Source of the DNA: Eledone cirrhosa
Taxonomy: Eukaryota
DNA length: 64,000 bases
Direction: 5' to 3'
Assembly (NCBI GenBank): GCA_964016885.1
Contig: OZ024745.1
Span: 55,304,001 to 55,368,000 of the forward strand
Below, piece after piece: positions 1 to 12,165 of this stretch. Every line of letters begins with the position of its first letter. Within the stretch, counting starts at the first letter, position 1. A program made the position numbers and the translations under genes. The notes under the pieces were generated by a model. That model saw only the letters and a list, made by a program, of their open reading frames with translations, was not told the DNA's origin and searched no databases.

Positions 1-197
1 TTATTTTTGAAAAGCATTTAGAAATGCGCAACCGGTAAAAACTTAAAAACTTAAAACCACAACTGAATACTAACCCATACAATCACTAATACTCTTTTAT
101 TCCTAATTAAACCATTTTTCAACTGTGAACAATTTGTCAGCATTTTCTATTCCGTTTACCAATATATAATAACTTGTGTGTTACACCTCTATTCTTT

Positions 198-201
<4 letters not shown>
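1..201 (+). mobile_element. Non-coding pLTR-like repeat (family A); other copies at 16345-16541 (-) and in the 47292-47718 fold-back
   Basis: Near-identical sequence (AAAAGCATTTAGAAATGCGCAACCGGT...CCGTTTACCAATATA) at three loci, each abutting (TA)n. Confidence 0.75.
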
Positions 202-239
<38 letters not shown>

Positions 240-367
240 AAGTTATATTTAAAATTGTTGGGTTACAACTAGTAAATATTTATAACTGATATAAAAGCAC
301 TCGACAAATATTTGGAGTATATTTACAATATTAAATAAATGGAAAACTATATTTATAAAACCATATT

Positions 368-434
368 TATTTCATTATATATATTTCGGGGATATCATAT
401 TAACAATATGCTATGCCTTCATCAGACAAAATAC
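368..434 (-). ncRNA. Minimal type I hammerhead ribozyme in a PLE-type pLTR fragment (~240-625)
   Basis: Minus strand reads GTATTTTGT-CTGATGA-[stem II]-GAAA-TATATA-TA-ATGAAATA. Stem I pairs with G-U; the stem III loop is palindromic. Confidence 0.75.
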
Positions 435-619
435 AATATAAACAGTTTTATAGATAAATATATTCGACATACCGTAATAAACATCGACTTCATTTGAAGA
501 GGTTTACGCTAGCAGTGAAAATTTTTAAAAATTCATAATATTATTCCTGCGATTACTCTACAAGATTATATATCAAGCAGATTTCAATATACTAATAAAA
601 ATATATATTATATTATAAA

Positions 620-689
<70 letters not shown>

Positions 690-1143
690 GCACGAGTTCT
701 GTCAGAAAAGAAACAAGACTAGGGGGCTGGTGTCGCAAAGAATATTTCAAGTCCAGAATAAAAACTACAAGTTTTCCTTTCGAGTCTAACGGTTGGAGAA
801 TAATTTTAATCTTTATGATAATCTTCCAAACACTGTCTAGCTTTATGGCCGGCTTACGTTCGATCTATCGAACACTCAGTCAACAGTTACCACACACCAG
901 CAGCCTAACTGACTCGACGTTGGCCAGAGTCCTGCTCGTTAAAGCCCTTCCGCTCCTGGGATCACCTACCCCCTTTTGTGCAATTGGAATACCCTCAAGG
1001 ATGACATCGTCTCGTCTCCGTACACTTGGGGCAGTATTTCGAATGATTATAAAGTGATTTTCTCCACGCAAACCGAAATAACATTAGCAAACATAATGGT
1101 TGCAGAGAACTGAAATGCCAGTTTTATATTCCCAGGATATTAA

Positions 1144-1147
<4 letters not shown>
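690..1147. mobile_element. Possible decayed mariner-type non-autonomous element
   Basis: The start CACGAGTTCTGTCAGAAAAG resembles mariner TIRs and the element is flanked by TA arrays; the right TIR matches only weakly. Confidence 0.25.
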
Positions 1148-1226
<79 letters not shown>

Positions 1227-1236
1227 GCGTGTGCGT

Positions 1237-1292
<56 letters not shown>

Positions 1293-2224
1293 TTCGTATA
1301 TGTATATATACATACGGCATGTTTACAAATAAACAGTTGGAAAGCCTTTTTAGATATAATTATTGAAAAACTGACGGGGAGTGACGTTTAGCACATTCCA
1401 GCAGATGTACTGTGGGAGAACTGCCAACGCATGTCTGGCCGTCTTCGCCTGCTCATTTTGGAATTTGAAACAGGGGCAAACATATAGTAGAGGTGGACAA
1501 CTATATACATACATATACGTGTGTATGTGTGCGAGTATGTGCATGTGTTTTTCTTTGTGTGTCTGTGTGTCTATATATGTATGCGCGTGTGTGTGTGTTT
1601 GTGCGTGTATGCTGTCGCACAAAAGTTTAATATTTAAAAATGTTGAGGTCGCTTCTCAATCATTTAGTCGTGAGTTCTTTCAAATTATGTGACATTATAG
1701 ACAAGTTTTCTTTAAGATACTATTTCTTGATCTTGGAAATAACACAATGAAGCACTCTAATTCTAGGTTGCCTTACTAAGAATCTAATGCTAGGGAAAAA
1801 TGCTTGTGATATCTTCTTTTATATTTCTATATTGCTTTACTGGGAATCTACACCGCGGTTAATTTTATGCTATATTTTATATATATGTGCTTCGCAGAAT
1901 TAGATATAATTTAGCAATCTTTTCTTTGAGAAGTTATGTACATTGGTGACAAATAGCCCACTTATTGCTGAAAGGTTCGTGGAGGCAGAGTCCCCAGACA
2001 ATCACTGCAGCGGGTTCTATTAGAGGCAACCGTCTCCAACTGATCCGGCTCGATCCCCAATCGTTACAATTCAACCGTGTTCCGCGGGGTCTACCCCTGG
2101 GTCACTTGCCTCTTAGTTTTGCCCGTAAAGTCTGTCCAGTGAATCTTCCCTGAGACATTCTAACTACATACCCATAGCATCGAAGCTCCCTCTCTCTCTC
2201 TCTCTCTCCCTCTCTCTCTCTTTA

Positions 2225-2256
<32 letters not shown>

Positions 2257-2280
2257 ACTCACACTCTCTCTCTCTCCCTG

Positions 2281-2319
<39 letters not shown>

Positions 2320-2394
2320 ATACATATACATTTATATTCGGACACATATAATCAATACACACACACATATTATACATATTATATATATATATAT

Positions 2395-2802
2395 GGTGGC
2401 TGCCAACTCGTTTTCGAGTACGGCCACTACGTTATGTCCATGTAGGAGAACCCCTACCGATGCGCTGAACGAGTGTGACTTTTTAGTCCAGCCAGCGACT
2501 TGAAAACTCTGGTACAAACACTACACTTGTGACAATTACTGACACATAGTGCCGGGCCCATGGTACCAATGTGACGACAGTGCAGAGAGATCTCCAGATA
2601 TAAAGCAATGCCTGTGCCGTGAAGCTTTTATAGTGAGCAAAGGCACTGCACAAAGCCAGTCCCACTCTCTTAACCAAGATGATATTTACCAAAAAGAAGA
2701 ACAAGTCAACATCATTGGATACCATCAGGGTTGCTGGTGTTGTATCAGAGTTTTCCTTCTCCTAGAATTCTGCCTTGACAAAGGCTAAGGGGTCATCTCT
2801 CC

Positions 2803-2806
<4 letters not shown>
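2395..2806 (-). mobile_element. Bipartite non-autonomous RTE derivative (~410 bp, SINE-like)
   Basis: Minus strand: RTE 5'UTR-type motif CTAGGAGAAGGAAAACTCTGA at the 5' end; a C2H2 finger relic (CSVCTRVFKSLAGLKSHTRSAH) and RTE-like 3'UTR at the 3' end. Copies at 31943-32355 and 57023-57240. Confidence 0.65.
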
Positions 2807-2880
<74 letters not shown>

Positions 2881-3221
2881 CATGTGTGTGTGTTTGTGTG
2901 AGTGCTTAGATAATCAAAGCTGGTATGCATTTAATAATATTCTTCAACGAGCCACTCTTCTTATTAGCTAACTGTAGAAAAACAATTGAAAATAGTTTAT
3001 GTTGCCTACAGGAAGCTAATTCATTGGTAAATAGTTTCATATTCAATTGAAAGTAGAAAAGGAACACGTTAAAACAAATTAACATCTACTTTTAAGACCA
3101 TATATCCTGTCATAAGATGCTTTATAAGTATACCCTAATTTTCATTCCATCTCTGTCACTCTCTTTCAATGTAAACACACACAGATACACAGACACACAG
3201 ATGCGCATACACACACACACG

Positions 3222-3304
<83 letters not shown>

Positions 3305-3607
3305 TTAAAGAGGAGCCAATCTTTTAGAGAGAGATGGAGATAGGAGAGGAGATAGGAGAGGAGAGATTGGTGAATTAATTAGAAGCCAAAGCTTAAAGGC
3401 ATGTGCTCAATGTGCAATATTCAGTGGAAGGCAGCTAGGTGGCTGGGTTCATGTGGCCATCTTGTTACCCATAGGCAGATCTCACACAATGCAGACTCGA
3501 CAGAAAAATACTGCTCGACTATGACAGACAATGGACACCATAGTGAAATATGGAACATTACATTTATGTAACATTCTTTCCTTATTTTAATTTATATTCC
3601 TTTTGAA

Positions 3608-3726
3608 GTTCCGATGAGCTGCTCTATTTTTACCTATGTTAATTATTTTCAACTGAACTAGATCAATAATGATCTATAATCATTTGATCCAGAAATATTA
3701 TATGGAGTAGCGAAACAATTGTAAAC
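3608..3726 (+). ncRNA. Type I hammerhead motif, CCGATGA core variant
   Basis: GTT-CCGATGA-GCTGCTCTAT...ATGGAGTAGC-GAAA-CAATTG-TA-AAC: 10-bp stem II and palindromic loop III. Confidence 0.7.
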
Positions 3727-3851
3727 GGACATTATTATTATTAATATTATTATTATTATTCTCTACATTCCTTACATCAAACTAAAATATGTTGACAATC
3801 TTTTAATAATGTCTTCCTTGTGACATTTGTGGTCTTGTTTTGCTTAACTAA

Positions 3852-3906
<55 letters not shown>

Positions 3907-4093
3907 TAATACATTTGAAGACTAAAATCCAAAGAGAGCTCGATAAGGATAAATATATATCAAATATATAAGAACCGTAGAGCAAATATTTATTAAGATA
4001 ACATATTAATGTTTAAGCAAAGAATCGCTCTTTCACCCTTAACGGGATCTTCTGTGAAATATTTACTTCTGCGTTCACAGATTGATTTTTTTT

Positions 4094-4142
4094 GTTTCAG
4101 AAGATCCCATTAAGGGCGAAAGCAGCGATTCTCTGCTTAAAC
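4094..4142 (+). ncRNA. Type I hammerhead motif, CAGAAGA core variant, in a fold-back (3985-4053 / 4098-4165)
   Basis: GTTT-CAGAAGA-TCCC-ATTAA-GGGC-GAAA-GCAG-CGATTCT-CTGC-TT-AAAC: all three stems pair. Confidence 0.65.
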
Positions 4143-4163
4143 TTTAATCTGTTATTTTAATAA

Positions 4164-4203
<40 letters not shown>

Positions 4204-4925
4204 ATGAATCAAACATAAATAGCTGCATGTATATATAAATGAAGTATGGTGTTTACTTGTTTAGATATTAGATGAAGTGAACCCGAACAAGCTGAAACCT
4301 CGCTTTTATGGCCACCTTTCTAAAAAAATAATATTTTCCTCCTACCTACATGACATAAGTGCTCATTCATTTAATGCTTGAATATTTTAAGGACTATGGT
4401 GACTGAAACATATATCCTAATACACACGCACACGCACATACATACATACAAACAGACACCCACATATATATGTCTGTGTGTGTCTGTGTATGCATATTAA
4501 TATGGAAATTATATATGTATTTGTTAGATTAGTCTTGCATCTTTTCATGATAAAATTAATATTTTTTCATTTCTTATAATAGTATTTATTCATTCATCGT
4601 GTGCCTTTGATGTTGTGAAAAATGAATGGCTGAGAGATCGATTTACGTCTTTGTGATTAATATTGAAAAAAAAATTGTCTTTACTTTCTATGTTGTCCTC
4701 TACTAAATCTTTATCAATATATATTAGCTTCGTCTCGCGTCTAATTACATTTATTAATATTCTTCTAGTGTTCTTTGACGTTATACACAGTATCTCTCAT
4801 TAGGTCAAATGCCCTTTATCGTGTAGATTTTTTTTTATATATGTATTGCGCTTTCGTATTCGATTCGCATTGACTCTTCATCACAAATCCAATCTTCTAT
4901 AAGGTTAATAAGATGTGATACAGAC

Positions 4926-5320
4926 ATACAAATGTCCTCATCTCGAATTAAGAAACATGCCCTTACACTCACATATATCTGCCGTCATGAATATTTGGAT
5001 AAGCAAATAATATTCAATACACACACACACAGACTCACACACTGGTGCGCACATACACACATTCACACACACACATAAACACATACTCATACACACACGC
5101 GCGCACGCAAACATACACACAAACATAGTGTATGTTTGCGTGCGCGCGTGTGTGTATGAGTATGTGTTTATGTGTGTGTGTGAATGTGTGTATGTGCGCA
5201 CCAGTGTGTGAGTCTGTGTGTGTGTGTATTGAATATTATTTGCTTATCCAAATATTCATGACGGCAGATATATGTGAGTGTAAGGGCATGTTTCTTAATT
5301 CGAGATGAGGACATTTGTAT
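4926..5320. repeat. Near-perfect inverted repeat, ~193-bp arms, 9-nt loop
   Basis: 4926-5118 is the reverse complement of 5128-5320, including a CA/TG-rich stretch. Confidence 0.9.
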
Positions 5321-6479
5321 ATCTTTATCATATATATATATATATATATATATATGAGGGGGGGGGGGGTGCTGGAAAGAGTGACAAATCGAAAGAGAGA
5401 GAAAAAGTAATAAAAACTTCTCGATTCACTTAATGTTATATACTTTCAACAGATACTAAAATTATAGGGACACGCAGTTACAAGAAATCTAAAATACTCA
5501 ATATATCAAAGTATTACTGGGTAATTGCTGGCCTTGTGCCTAAAGTAGAAACAATTATTAATAACAGATGAATGATTCAATTATGTAACTGACTAGATTG
5601 TAAACAAAATACATTCAAAACAATATGCCAGAAATTAGAATTGATATTTCGGACCTGTGCACAAGACCTAAACTTCCGGGTTATTATTCTTTTTATTTTT
5701 TATCTTTTGGAAACATCAATGGCACATTAATTCTAAAAAATGATTACCTACCAAAACTGAGGATTTTTGAGAAAGCATCTGAAGTGTACCAAGGACTGAA
5801 TATTAATATGGTAGACCTTTATTTTATTTAAAGTCTCAAATGTGGCTCTGTTGTTGTTATGCACACAGAAAACGCGTATATTATACAATCTATGATATAT
5901 AACAATACATACTAGACAAGGTATGAATGAAAACAATGTTGAAAAAAGTAGAAAAAAATCGTCTAAGTGATAAATATTCAGTCTTATCAGTTTTAGATGT
6001 GTCACACGTAAATTCTACGAATTACGACAACTTCAAAGGAATGAAATATTTACGGAGACTTTCTAATAGTCGAGGACCACATGAGTACATATACCCACGC
6101 CAAATGCTGTAAAACTAAGGCCAACTAAATATGGAAGTTCCAACCGCCGAAATATATTGCTGAATCTTCCCCAACCGCATTCAGATATTTATACGAGATG
6201 GTGTAGATATTTTCAATATTGACAGAATTATACGAGATGGCGTACATATGCTGAACTTTCAGAGATTTGGAGAAAATGATCTAGATATACTAAACAATAT
6301 TTCGAAAGATTTGAAAGGACACACATGCATTCAACAGAATTGAGAAAATAGTATTGAGAAATTAAAATACAGTCATGATTACTTTCTTAATAAACACCAG
6401 ACCGTTTGACAGGAAATTCATTATAGAAGCATTTCTGCTAATTTTATTTGTCTTAAATACATTAAGTTGTACAAAAATT

Positions 6480-7220
6480 AAAGCAGATTTTTACGTTATT
6501 TTATTCGATTCAGCATGGTTTTATGAATGAGAACGCACGCAAGTTGTGTTACATAATGTATCATTTTTAGTGCTCATTTTATGTTCCTCCTTTTTTATAT
6601 AAAATGCAAATTTTTCATTAGACCGATCATTAAATGTCAAATCAAGAATTTTACCAGATTTCATTCTATAGGTGTAAACTTGGCTGCAGTTTAGTGCGAT
6701 CTGCTAGAATCATTAATGAATTTCGGGGTCCAAGGAAGTGTTAACAATTATAAAGTGTGACGTTTATTTCAAACATTCCTTCATGGTGTTCACTTTTCAC
6801 GTTAAGGAAGATCTTAGATCTCATTCGGCAACTGGCAACGATGAACTGAAAACTTTGGAAGATGCAAATCCTCGCGCAATTTTTGGAACGATTCCTCTTC
6901 AACATTTAGAAAGCCAAAGAATCTTGAAAAATGGGTGCGACAGACACTGAGCAAAGATCAGAATGTTCGCCATTATGAAGTCCGCTCTCCATTCTTTAAC
7001 AAAATGATATATTTTGTGATCGCATTTTAACGATCGATGAAATGTGGATGTTATGCAAGATGAAGATTTAAAAGAAACGCCAAAACAATTCCCAAATCTG
7101 ACGATGGACAAAAACATGTTGTGGTGACTATTTATTTCTCTACACCCAACTTGTTATATATCTTTCTACATCTTGACGAAACACCCAGAGCTGCATTTTG
7201 TCACAAAATGGATGAAATAG
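6480..7220 (+). pseudogene. Highly decayed mariner transposase relic
   Basis: Fragments such as DED.KETPKQFP resemble Mos1-type transposase motifs; many stops and frameshifts. Confidence 0.3.
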
Positions 7221-7586
7221 AGCGTATTTAAACCCCATTTATCAATATAAAATGCAGCGATAAACCGAAATATATATTTTGTTAAATTGCATCCATATGA
7301 TATGCATTCACATTCAATTCAGTAGAGGGAGCGTTAAAGATTCCATTCATAAATATTTAATAACAATAAAAATTTCAAAATTCGAGACTGACACGAATCT
7401 CAAACCTAAGGACTCCCTGCAATTCATTCTTTTGGATTTTCTCATCAAAAATATGCCCCCACCAACATTTCATTCGGTTTAGCTCAGGGAATCTAAACAA
7501 GTTTCCCAAATACAAATCAAATGAAGAAACTGGAACGAACGAAAATAATGCCTCACGAAGAAAAACTTTCCTCTAAAATTAATGAT

Positions 7587-7780
7587 TAATTGTCTCTACT
7601 TTTGCCAGTAGGCCAGAAATTATCCCAGTGTATTACTGGGATAATTGCTGGTACTTTATTTCGTAAGGATGAAATGCAAAGTTAACCTCGCCGGGATTGG
7701 AACTCAGACCATGAAGGGCCGTAACTCTTTGCTGCTAAGCATGGTGTCAGACCCTCTACCGATACTGCCAATCCACCACC
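7587..7780 (-). mobile_element. tRNA-derived SINE (octopus-type), near full length
   Basis: Minus strand has an A-box-like TGGCAGTATCGG, a B-box GAGTTCCAATCC, the core CTTTCATCCTTACG and the 3' end AAAAGTAGAGACAATTA. Confidence 0.75.
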
Positions 7781-7791
7781 AAAATTAATGA

Positions 7792-7915
7792 ATAATTGTT
7801 TCTACTTTTGGCACAAGGCCAGCAATTATCACAGTGTATTACTGGTACTTTATTCTATCGACCCCGTAAGGATGAAAGGCAAATTTAACCTCGGCGGGAT
7901 TTGAACTCAGACTGT
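7792..7915 (-). mobile_element. tRNA-derived SINE, 5'-truncated, tandem to the previous copy
   Basis: B-box GAGTTCAAATCC, core GCCTTTCATCCTTACGGGGTCGATA, 3' end GGCCTTGTGCCAAAAGTAGAAAC. Confidence 0.8.
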
Positions 7916-8283
7916 AAAATTAATGAATACTATTGTACAACAAGCAATGAAAATTAACACACAATAATTTAAAGGAACACAATCTTAAAGATAAAAGAAA
8001 TGTGATACGTTCAGTGTGCTCCTCTTTAACGGGTCTAATAGTCTTAAATAAGCATACGTGAAGTCGTTATAGTAGCCGTTTAGCTTCCTGCATTTCCAAT
8101 ATATTATTTGGCTGCTTTCTTGGTGATAATGGCTTCTTTGATTCTTAAATATTCTTATCACCGGTGAGATGACGAAAAGGAAAGTGGGTCATTTAATATC
8201 AGAGATATCATTACCTGTCTACACGCATCCGCATTTCGGGCACGTAGACCAGACCAATTAAGGAAGAACACCTCGTTAGTTCG

Positions 8284-8315
<32 letters not shown>

Positions 8316-8340
8316 TGTAATAAACAACACAAGGCAATTA

Positions 8341-8400
8341 TTCCATTTACCAGTGGTTTCTTAAAAGCAGAAAATGTTGATTTCAATCCTCAGAATGAAA
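8341..8400 (-). ncRNA. Type I hammerhead ribozyme
   Basis: Minus strand: TTTCATT-CTGAGGA-TTGAAA...TTTTAA-GAAA-CCACTGG-TA-AATGGAA. Confidence 0.75.
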
Positions 8401-8454
8401 AAATCCTGGTCTGTTTATTGAATTTGGATTTTAAAAACAAAAATGCAATCTATT

Positions 8455-8514
8455 TTTCATTCTGAGGATTGAAGGCAAATTGTTTTGCTTTTAAGAAACC
8501 ACTGGTAAATGGAA
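8455..8514 (+). ncRNA. Type I hammerhead ribozyme
   Basis: TTTCATT-CTGAGGA-TTGAAGGCAAA...TTTGCTTTTAA-GAAA-CCACTGG-TA-AATGGAA: 7-bp stem I and 11-bp stem II. Confidence 0.85.
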
Positions 8515-8741
8515 TAATTGCCTTATGTTGTTTATTACATAACTATTAAGCTCTGTTACCTACATAGAGCACTCTTTTTTCCTGGACTTTTCCGACGGAA
8601 TTACTTCACATATATATATATATATATATATACAAATGTAAGTTTAGTAAAATCGTTTAGTAAAAGTTTTGGCGGTGGCCAAGCTAACGATATACAATTA
8701 TGAATGTGCAGCAAATCACTCGATATGGTTGTGTAGAGTAA

Positions 8742-8897
8742 TAATTGTTTCTACTGTTGGCACAAGGCCACCAGTTAGCCAGTACATTAATGGTACTCTA
8801 TTTTGTCGACCCCGTAAGGATGAAAGGCAAAGTGAACCTCGGCGGGATTTGAACTCAGACCGTAAAGCATGGCGTCCGACTCTCTACCGATACTGCT
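8742..8897 (-). mobile_element. tRNA-derived SINE
   Basis: Same family as 7587-7915 (B-box, CCTTTCATCCTTACGGGGTCGAC core). Confidence 0.8.
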
Positions 8898-9134
8898 AAT
8901 AATAACATACGTTAGATAGTTTGACGGATTGAAAACTGCGGCAGGTGAGTTCAGCAACATGATACGAAAGGAACGAAAAAAACAATCAGCTTATATATAT
9001 ATATACGTATATATATATGTATATATATAAATATATATATATATCAAGCTTTAACCTAATATATACCTTCCATATACTGTACCGATTGTGTTGTTATCTC
9101 TGTTTAAATTTTACATACATATATATATATATAT

Positions 9135-9250
9135 ATAGGAACCAGTAAGACCCCGACGGCTGAGCTCAAGCCGTTTCGACGGCTAATTCTGGACTGAATT
9201 AGCCGTTGAAACGGCCTGAGCTCAGCCGTCGGGGTCTTACTGGTTCCTAT
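9135..9250. repeat. Fold-back hairpin containing the 3' half of a hammerhead
   Basis: ~55-bp arms with a TGGACT loop; the right arm reads GAAA-CGGCCTGAGCTCAGCCG-TC-GGGGTC. Confidence 0.85.
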
Positions 9251-9327
9251 TACCCACTCTACTACCCCAAGTATTGAGTACTTTGGTGCGTTATGGTCCA
9301 CCTGGTTCCTTACCACATTTCCTTCGT

Positions 9328-9429
<102 letters not shown>

Positions 9430-9432
9430 CAT

Positions 9433-9585
<153 letters not shown>

Positions 9586-9714
9586 ATATCGTTTAGGCTT
9601 CATAAAAGAGAGTAGCATTCCGGAAATATGTTTGTTATTGTTTTATTGTATTTGTCATCCTTTGATATATATCAATTGCATAGTAGCAGGTTTCTGAAAC
9701 GTATTAGTTATTTA

Positions 9715-9764
<50 letters not shown>

Positions 9765-9809
9765 TATATTATATTAATAAATGGAAACTATATTTATAAA
9801 ACCATAATT

Positions 9810-9874
9810 ATTTAATTATGTATATTTCAAGGGCAACCAAGGCAAATTTTGGTGCGCTTTCATCAGATAATATA
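9810..9874 (-). ncRNA. Hammerhead motif (degenerate stem I), related to 368-434
   Basis: Minus strand: CTGATGA-AAG...CTT-GAAA-TATACA-TA; the flank ATGGAAACTATATTTATAAAACCAT is shared with the copy at ~340. Confidence 0.6.
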
Positions 9875-9940
9875 CAAAACGTTAACGGTTGGAGGTTCTC
9901 TGGATATATGTATATATATATATGTATGTATATATGTATG

Positions 9941-10135
<195 letters not shown>

Positions 10136-10158
10136 ACGTGTGTGTGTGTGTATCTATG

Positions 10159-10952
10159 TATGTGTGTGTGTATGTATACAGTCATGGTTCACTGGATGAA
10201 GAAATACCTGACACACAAATCCTTATAGCATTGGATATACTATTTTATCCTCTCAAATGCGTTGGGTAGGCCATGTCGTGGGCATAAATGAGAAAAGACT
10301 CCCAAAACAACTATTTTACAGTGAATTGGGAAATGCCCTCAACACAAACCAAGAAGAAGATAGAAGGATTGTATAAAAAACAACCTTAAAGATCTACTGC
10401 TTGATGTTCAGACCTGGGAAGTGCTAACTTTAATGAGGAGTAAATGGCGAGTACATGATATGGAAGGCCGCAGAAGGTTTGAAGAGAGACGTCTTGATCA
10501 TGAAAAACCTAAACGTCAGCTTCGAAAAGGCTACAGTGTGAACCTTAATACGAACATAAGGAGCTGGATTTGTGAGGTTTGTGATCGTTTACTGCTATCT
10601 AAATCTGGGTATATCACTCATTTAAAATCACATAAAAAAACAACTCTATGCAGATATATCCCTCCAATACTAGGTGAGACAACATGTTTGGTGTACAAAA
10701 TGATCTGCACATCCATCCCTGGTCTTAAAAGGCATATGAATGTACATAAGGAAGACATCCCACAAACTGACCCAATATATCCAATAGAGGTCATATCATT
10801 TGTCTGTCGCATTTGTTGCAGACCATGCAAATCTAATGTTAGACTTAAAAGCCACTTAAGAGGCCATGAAGGGCCGTTTGGAGTTGATCACGGTTGATGG
10901 AGTGACATAGGGAGACGGCAATCATCTGCAAAGATGAAGCAATCCCCACCAT
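10159..10952 (+). mobile_element. 3' fragment of an RTE-clade LINE with C-terminal C2H2 zinc fingers
   Basis: RWVGHV and RLPKQLFYSEL motifs of the RTE ORF C-terminus, then CEVCDR..HLKSH and CRICCR..HLRGH fingers (ORF 10421-10897). Confidence 0.75.
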
Positions 10953-12051
10953 TTAGTCGACTCATTATATTCTGTGTATAATCTTTCCTTCGAGATATCC
11001 GAAGCTTATGTTTGACTCGTAACTATTTCAAAGGCCACTACACTGACTCAGAACATGAAAGAAATTTATCCATATCGTGGAGAGAAGTCTACAATGACCG
11101 CAATAAATTAGATCCTAAATTCACCGAAGGCTAAATGAGTAATGGAAAACTGACTAATTAACTCACCAAACGTATGGTAATTGAATTATTTTGCTATAGG
11201 TGTTAATATGAGGAAATACCTATATGTTGTAATAATCTTGGAACGACATGAATTTCAAAAATACGAATAATTTTAGATGTTTCGAGCCTTGAATACTTCA
11301 TCAATGTTGCACTAAACACACATTTTGTTTATTGCACATACATAATGCACTAAATGATTTCACACTTTACAAAACACTTCCGAATTATGTAAACCTTCAT
11401 TTTTAGTTGTAAAGAAGGTATGTTCTACTTTCTACAATAAATGAAACCAAGTACATTTGATTAAACAATGAAAATCCAATAGATTCCTAAATTAATTTAT
11501 GAGGCAATTATAACACTCCGGGCAATGATTATCTAGACTTTGTCTCCAGGAAAAAGACTATAGAGAAAGATGTAGCGAAAATTTAATTTCTCTCCTTTTT
11601 TTCTTTTTCTGTTGATTAATTTTATCAAAATGTAATTCCTGGTATGTATAACTTACTCTTCTCCATTGTAGTCATCTACACACCAATACACAATTAAACC
11701 GGTAAAAGTGGCTGTAACACAAGGTAAAGTTTAAATTAATAGACTCTAAAGTTAATCGTTTTAGTGGAAAATAAGTCATAAGGTTAGACTTCACTGCTGT
11801 AAATGGAATTTCTCTTAATTAAATTCGTCTATAATTATCAGTAGAATTCCTCGAAGGTGTCGATAGTAATATCAGGAATAGACGATATAAATACATTAAA
11901 TATTAGCAGACGTTTGAAGAAATAATCTCACTTCACTCATGTTGGACAGATTGGTAAACCACCTTACAATCACTATAAAGAAAAATATAAATATACACAC
12001 GCTTACGAAAACAAACTCACATACACACACACACAGACACTCACACACACA

Positions 12052-12165
<114 letters not shown>

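Larger units (their letters stand above)
8308..8547. repeat. Inverted pLTR pair, each arm carrying a hammerhead
   Basis: ~8308-8405 is the reverse complement of ~8452-8547. Confidence 0.85.

Noticed and set aside
2483-2788. Conserved ~80-aa ORFs repeated at 32031-32336
   Set aside because: The similarity comes from the repeat copies, and the copies differ by a frameshift.
10421-10897. Host C2H2 zinc-finger gene
   Set aside because: Directly follows frameshifted RTE C-terminal motifs; it is the 3' end of a LINE.
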